Positions 61,583 through 64,000 of a DNA stretch of 64,000 nucleotides are shown here, one piece after another. Position numbers and translations under genes: made by a program. The stretch covers positions 544,001-608,000 of the forward strand of contig OZ242214.1 in NCBI GenBank assembly GCA_965206595.1, given 5' to 3'. Origin of the DNA: Candidatus Latescibacterota bacterium (GTDB lineage: Bacteria > Latescibacterota > UBA2968 > UBA8231). The notes below the pieces were generated by a model, which saw only the letters and a list, made by a program, of their open reading frames with translations, made no database searches and was not told where the DNA came from. How positions within the stretch are numbered: the first letter of the stretch is position 1; every line of letters starts with the position of its first letter.

Positions 61583-62934
61583 GGTGCGGCCTGCTCGCGG
61601 CCGTTCTGCTCGCCGGTTGCCAGTTGACCAATCCTGCGGTGAGCCGCTACGAGCCGAGCCGGCTGCCGGTGGGTGACCTGACCCTGTCGACATGGCTGCC
61701 TGCCGGCCTCGACAGCTTCCGCTTCGACGCCGGGGACCGGCAACTGCTCGCCGACATCGGCTTCAATCACATCGAGTGGCTGCAGGAAGTCCGGGTCGGC
61801 GACTCCACCGCCGAGGACGTCGCCATGTCGTTCGCCGGCGAGGCCGGCCTCGGCATGCCGGTCTACTACCCACCCCCCGGGTTCACCCGCGAGGACAAGC
61901 TGCGCGACTTCGCCGTCATGGAGGGCGTCGAGGCAGGTTTCGACGCCGCGGTCCGCGAGCGGGTGGCGGCGCTGCAGCAGCACTGGGGCGCCGCCCCCGG
62001 GTTCACAGGCTACCTGATCGGACACGAGGATTACCGCGCCCGCTACTACAAGGCGCTGGGGAACATGGTACGCGTCCTGGGGCAGGAGGATCCGCAGCGT
62101 CCGGCGATCAGCGTCGGCAACATCGACCACTTTCCCGAGGTCGGCCGCTTCCTCAACGCCCTGTTCGCCGAGGGCGGGAACGCCAACATCTTCCAGCACG
62201 AGCACTACATCTTCCGCGACGACGCGCCGGCCTCGGGCAGGAAGCTGCGGAAACGCCTCGACGCTTTGGTGGCGGGATACGGGCGGCTGGCGCGCTATCT
62301 GCAGGACCGGCACGGGCGCTGGCACGCCATCGTCCAGGTCCACAGCGAAACGCGGGACGGGCTCGGCTCGAGCGGCCCCTACTACCGCAAGCCGACCGCC
62401 GGCGAGATCGCCGTGCAGGTCGGCCTCGCCCTGTCCCGGGGCGCCTCCGGCATCGTCTACTTCCTCTACAGCTCAGGCTGGGAGTGGATCCGGGACGGCG
62501 ACGGGCACCTGGTGCAGGAGCGCTTCTACGAGGGGATCGTCGACCGCGACGGCGCACCCACGGCGACCTACGGCGCCGTCAAGAAGCTGAACGACCAGCT
62601 TGCCGGCCTGAGCACGCACCTGAGGGACCTGCACTTTCACGGCGGCTGGGAGGCCGGCGACCTGCCGGACAACGACCTGGTCGGCGACAGCGAGCCCGAC
62701 CTCGAGCTCGGGTTCTTCGGCGACGGGACCACCGCCACCCACCTGCTGGTCGCCAACAGGCAGAGCCACCGCGGCCGGCAGGTCGGGTTGAAACTCGCGG
62801 GGCCGGGGCGCGACGCCGTCTCCGGGACCGACCTGCCGCAAGCCGGCGGCCGCACCCTGCTCGACCTGGAACCGGGGGGTTTCAGGCTCCTCGAGGTGCA
62901 GCGCGAAAAGCCGGCCGTCGAGGCGGACCCGTAG
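61579..62934 (+). CDS. Lipoprotein, glycoside hydrolase-like
   Basis: Lipobox LLAGC; GYLIGHE; PTAGEIAVQVGLALSRGASGIVYF. Confidence 0.6.
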   Translation: MRCGLLAAVLLAGCQLTNPAVSRYEPSRLPVGDLTLSTWLPAGLDSFRFDAGDRQLLADIGFNHIEWLQEVRVGDSTAEDVAMSFAGEAGLGMPVYYPPPGFTREDKLRDFAVMEGVEAGFDAAVRERVAALQQHWGAAPGFTGYLIGHEDYRARYYKALGNMVRVLGQEDPQRPAISVGNIDHFPEVGRFLNALFAEGGNANIFQHEHYIFRDDAPASGRKLRKRLDALVAGYGRLARYLQDRHGRWHAIVQVHSETRDGLGSSGPYYRKPTAGEIAVQVGLALSRGASGIVYFLYSSGWEWIRDGDGHLVQERFYEGIVDRDGAPTATYGAVKKLNDQLAGLSTHLRDLHFHGGWEAGDLPDNDLVGDSEPDLELGFFGDGTTATHLLVANRQSHRGRQVGLKLAGPGRDAVSGTDLPQAGGRTLLDLEPGGFRLLEVQREKPAVEADP

Positions 62935-62988
62935 GATCCTCCCAAGCAAAAACATGCGTTCAGTTTCACCAACGTCGAAGAGAATTCC

Positions 62989-64000
62989 ATGTTGACCACC
63001 AGGATGCTGGCCGCAGCCGCGCTGGCGGCGCTGACCGCCGGCCCGTCGTTCGCGCAGCAAAGTCCCCCGGGCCTCGACTGGCGGCGAATCCAAACGGAGC
63101 GCTTCAACGTCATCTTCCCCGCGCAGATCACCGCCGACGCCCAGCGCGTAGCCAATACGCTCGAACACATTTACGGACCGGTTTCCAAGACGCTGAGGGG
63201 TCCGCAAAAGCCGCTGGATGTGGTGCTGGTCAACCAGTCGGCTCAGCCCAACGGTTTTGTCGCCCTGGCACCGCGCCGCAGCGTGTGGTTCAGCACCCCT
63301 CCCCAGAACGCGGGGCTGTTGAGCGGCGATTGGTACCGGTTGCTGGCCGTCCACGAAATGCGTCACGTGGTGCAGTCCGATCGCATGCGCCGGGGCCTGG
63401 TGCGCCTGGCCTGGCTCTTTTTCGGCGAACAGGGCCAGGCCTTGGCGTCTCTGTTGGTGCCGCCGTGGTTCTGGGAAGGGGATGCGGTAGGGGTGGAGAC
63501 GGCGCTGAGCCAGTCAGGGCGCGGGCGCATGCCCCGGTTCGGTCTGCACATCCGGGCCTTGCTCCTGGAGGGACGGCGCTATTCCTACTACAAAGCCCAC
63601 CACGGCTCGTACCGCGATTGGTACCCCGGTCACTATCGTCTGGGGTATTTCCTGACGACCTACGTCAAGCGCCACCATGGCGCCGGGACGTGGGACAAAG
63701 TGCTGGGCCGCACCGCCAGGTGGGGGTTCCACCCCTTTGCCTTCAGCCGGGCGCTCAGGAAGTACACCGGGGCCAGCGCCGCCCGGACCTACGAGCGGAC
63801 GATGGACGAGCTGACCGAGCTGTGGCAGGCGCAACACCAAGACCTGCCCACAACGCCGTTGCGGATGCTGGCCGGGCAGAGCCGTTCGGGCATCTGGACC
63901 AACTACGAAAACCCGCACCCGCTGGCCGACGGCAGCGTGCTGGCGAGCAAAAGCGGCCTGGCCGACCCGGCGACCCTGGTGCGGCTGCATCCGGATGGCC
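62989..64000 (+). CDS. Secreted HEXXH (peptidase MA-like) protein, 3' end beyond window
   Basis: Manual translation: MLTTRMLAAAALAALTAGPSFAQ...WRRIQTERFNVIF...NGFV...AVHEMRH...PPWFWEGDAV. Confidence 0.75.
   Translation, partial: MLTTRMLAAAALAALTAGPSFAQQSPPGLDWRRIQTERFNVIFPAQITADAQRVANTLEHIYGPVSKTLRGPQKPLDVVLVNQSAQPNGFVALAPRRSVWFSTPPQNAGLLSGDWYRLLAVHEMRHVVQSDRMRRGLVRLAWLFFGEQGQALASLLVPPWFWEGDAVGVETALSQSGRGRMPRFGLHIRALLLEGRRYSYYKAHHGSYRDWYPGHYRLGYFLTTYVKRHHGAGTWDKVLGRTARWGFHPFAFSRALRKYTGASAARTYERTMDELTELWQAQHQDLPTTPLRMLAGQSRSGIWTNYENPHPLADGSVLASKSGLADPATLVRLHPDG

Overview
This is a high-GC bacterial window. Its gene content (four PhyH-type dioxygenases, many oxidoreductases, an ankyrin fusion, and CE15, GH32 and other GH-like enzymes) resembles that of uncultured host- or sponge-associated bacteria; that is inference only. 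From 1 to about 57.4 kb the window is accessory: catabolic genes, AT-richer kinase and Fic genes, and a cluster of IS630, ISL3, IS3, IS91-like and IS1182/IS5-like remnants with truncated genes. Beyond tRNA-Phe (57450-57525) the genes are intact and housekeeping-like (glutaredoxin, murA, DUF362, MazG-like). Four leads stand out. (1) A 548-aa UGSC-type selenoprotein with a GH-U-STC motif and a SECIS-like hairpin, which the ORF track splits in two. (2) A cluster of an ACP, an S8 peptidase-DUF1611 fusion, a BtrH-like protein and a sigma-region-4 protein, next to a Yip1/MacAB-type exporter. (3) An operon of a CxxC/FMN-binding protein, two thioredoxin-fold proteins and a prepilin peptidase, behind a promoter with a C15 tract in its spacer. 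(4) Two paralogous secreted-protein genes cut by different IS elements at nearly the same codon. Several frameshifts fall in homopolymers and may be sequencing errors. All family calls come from motif recognition, not database searches.
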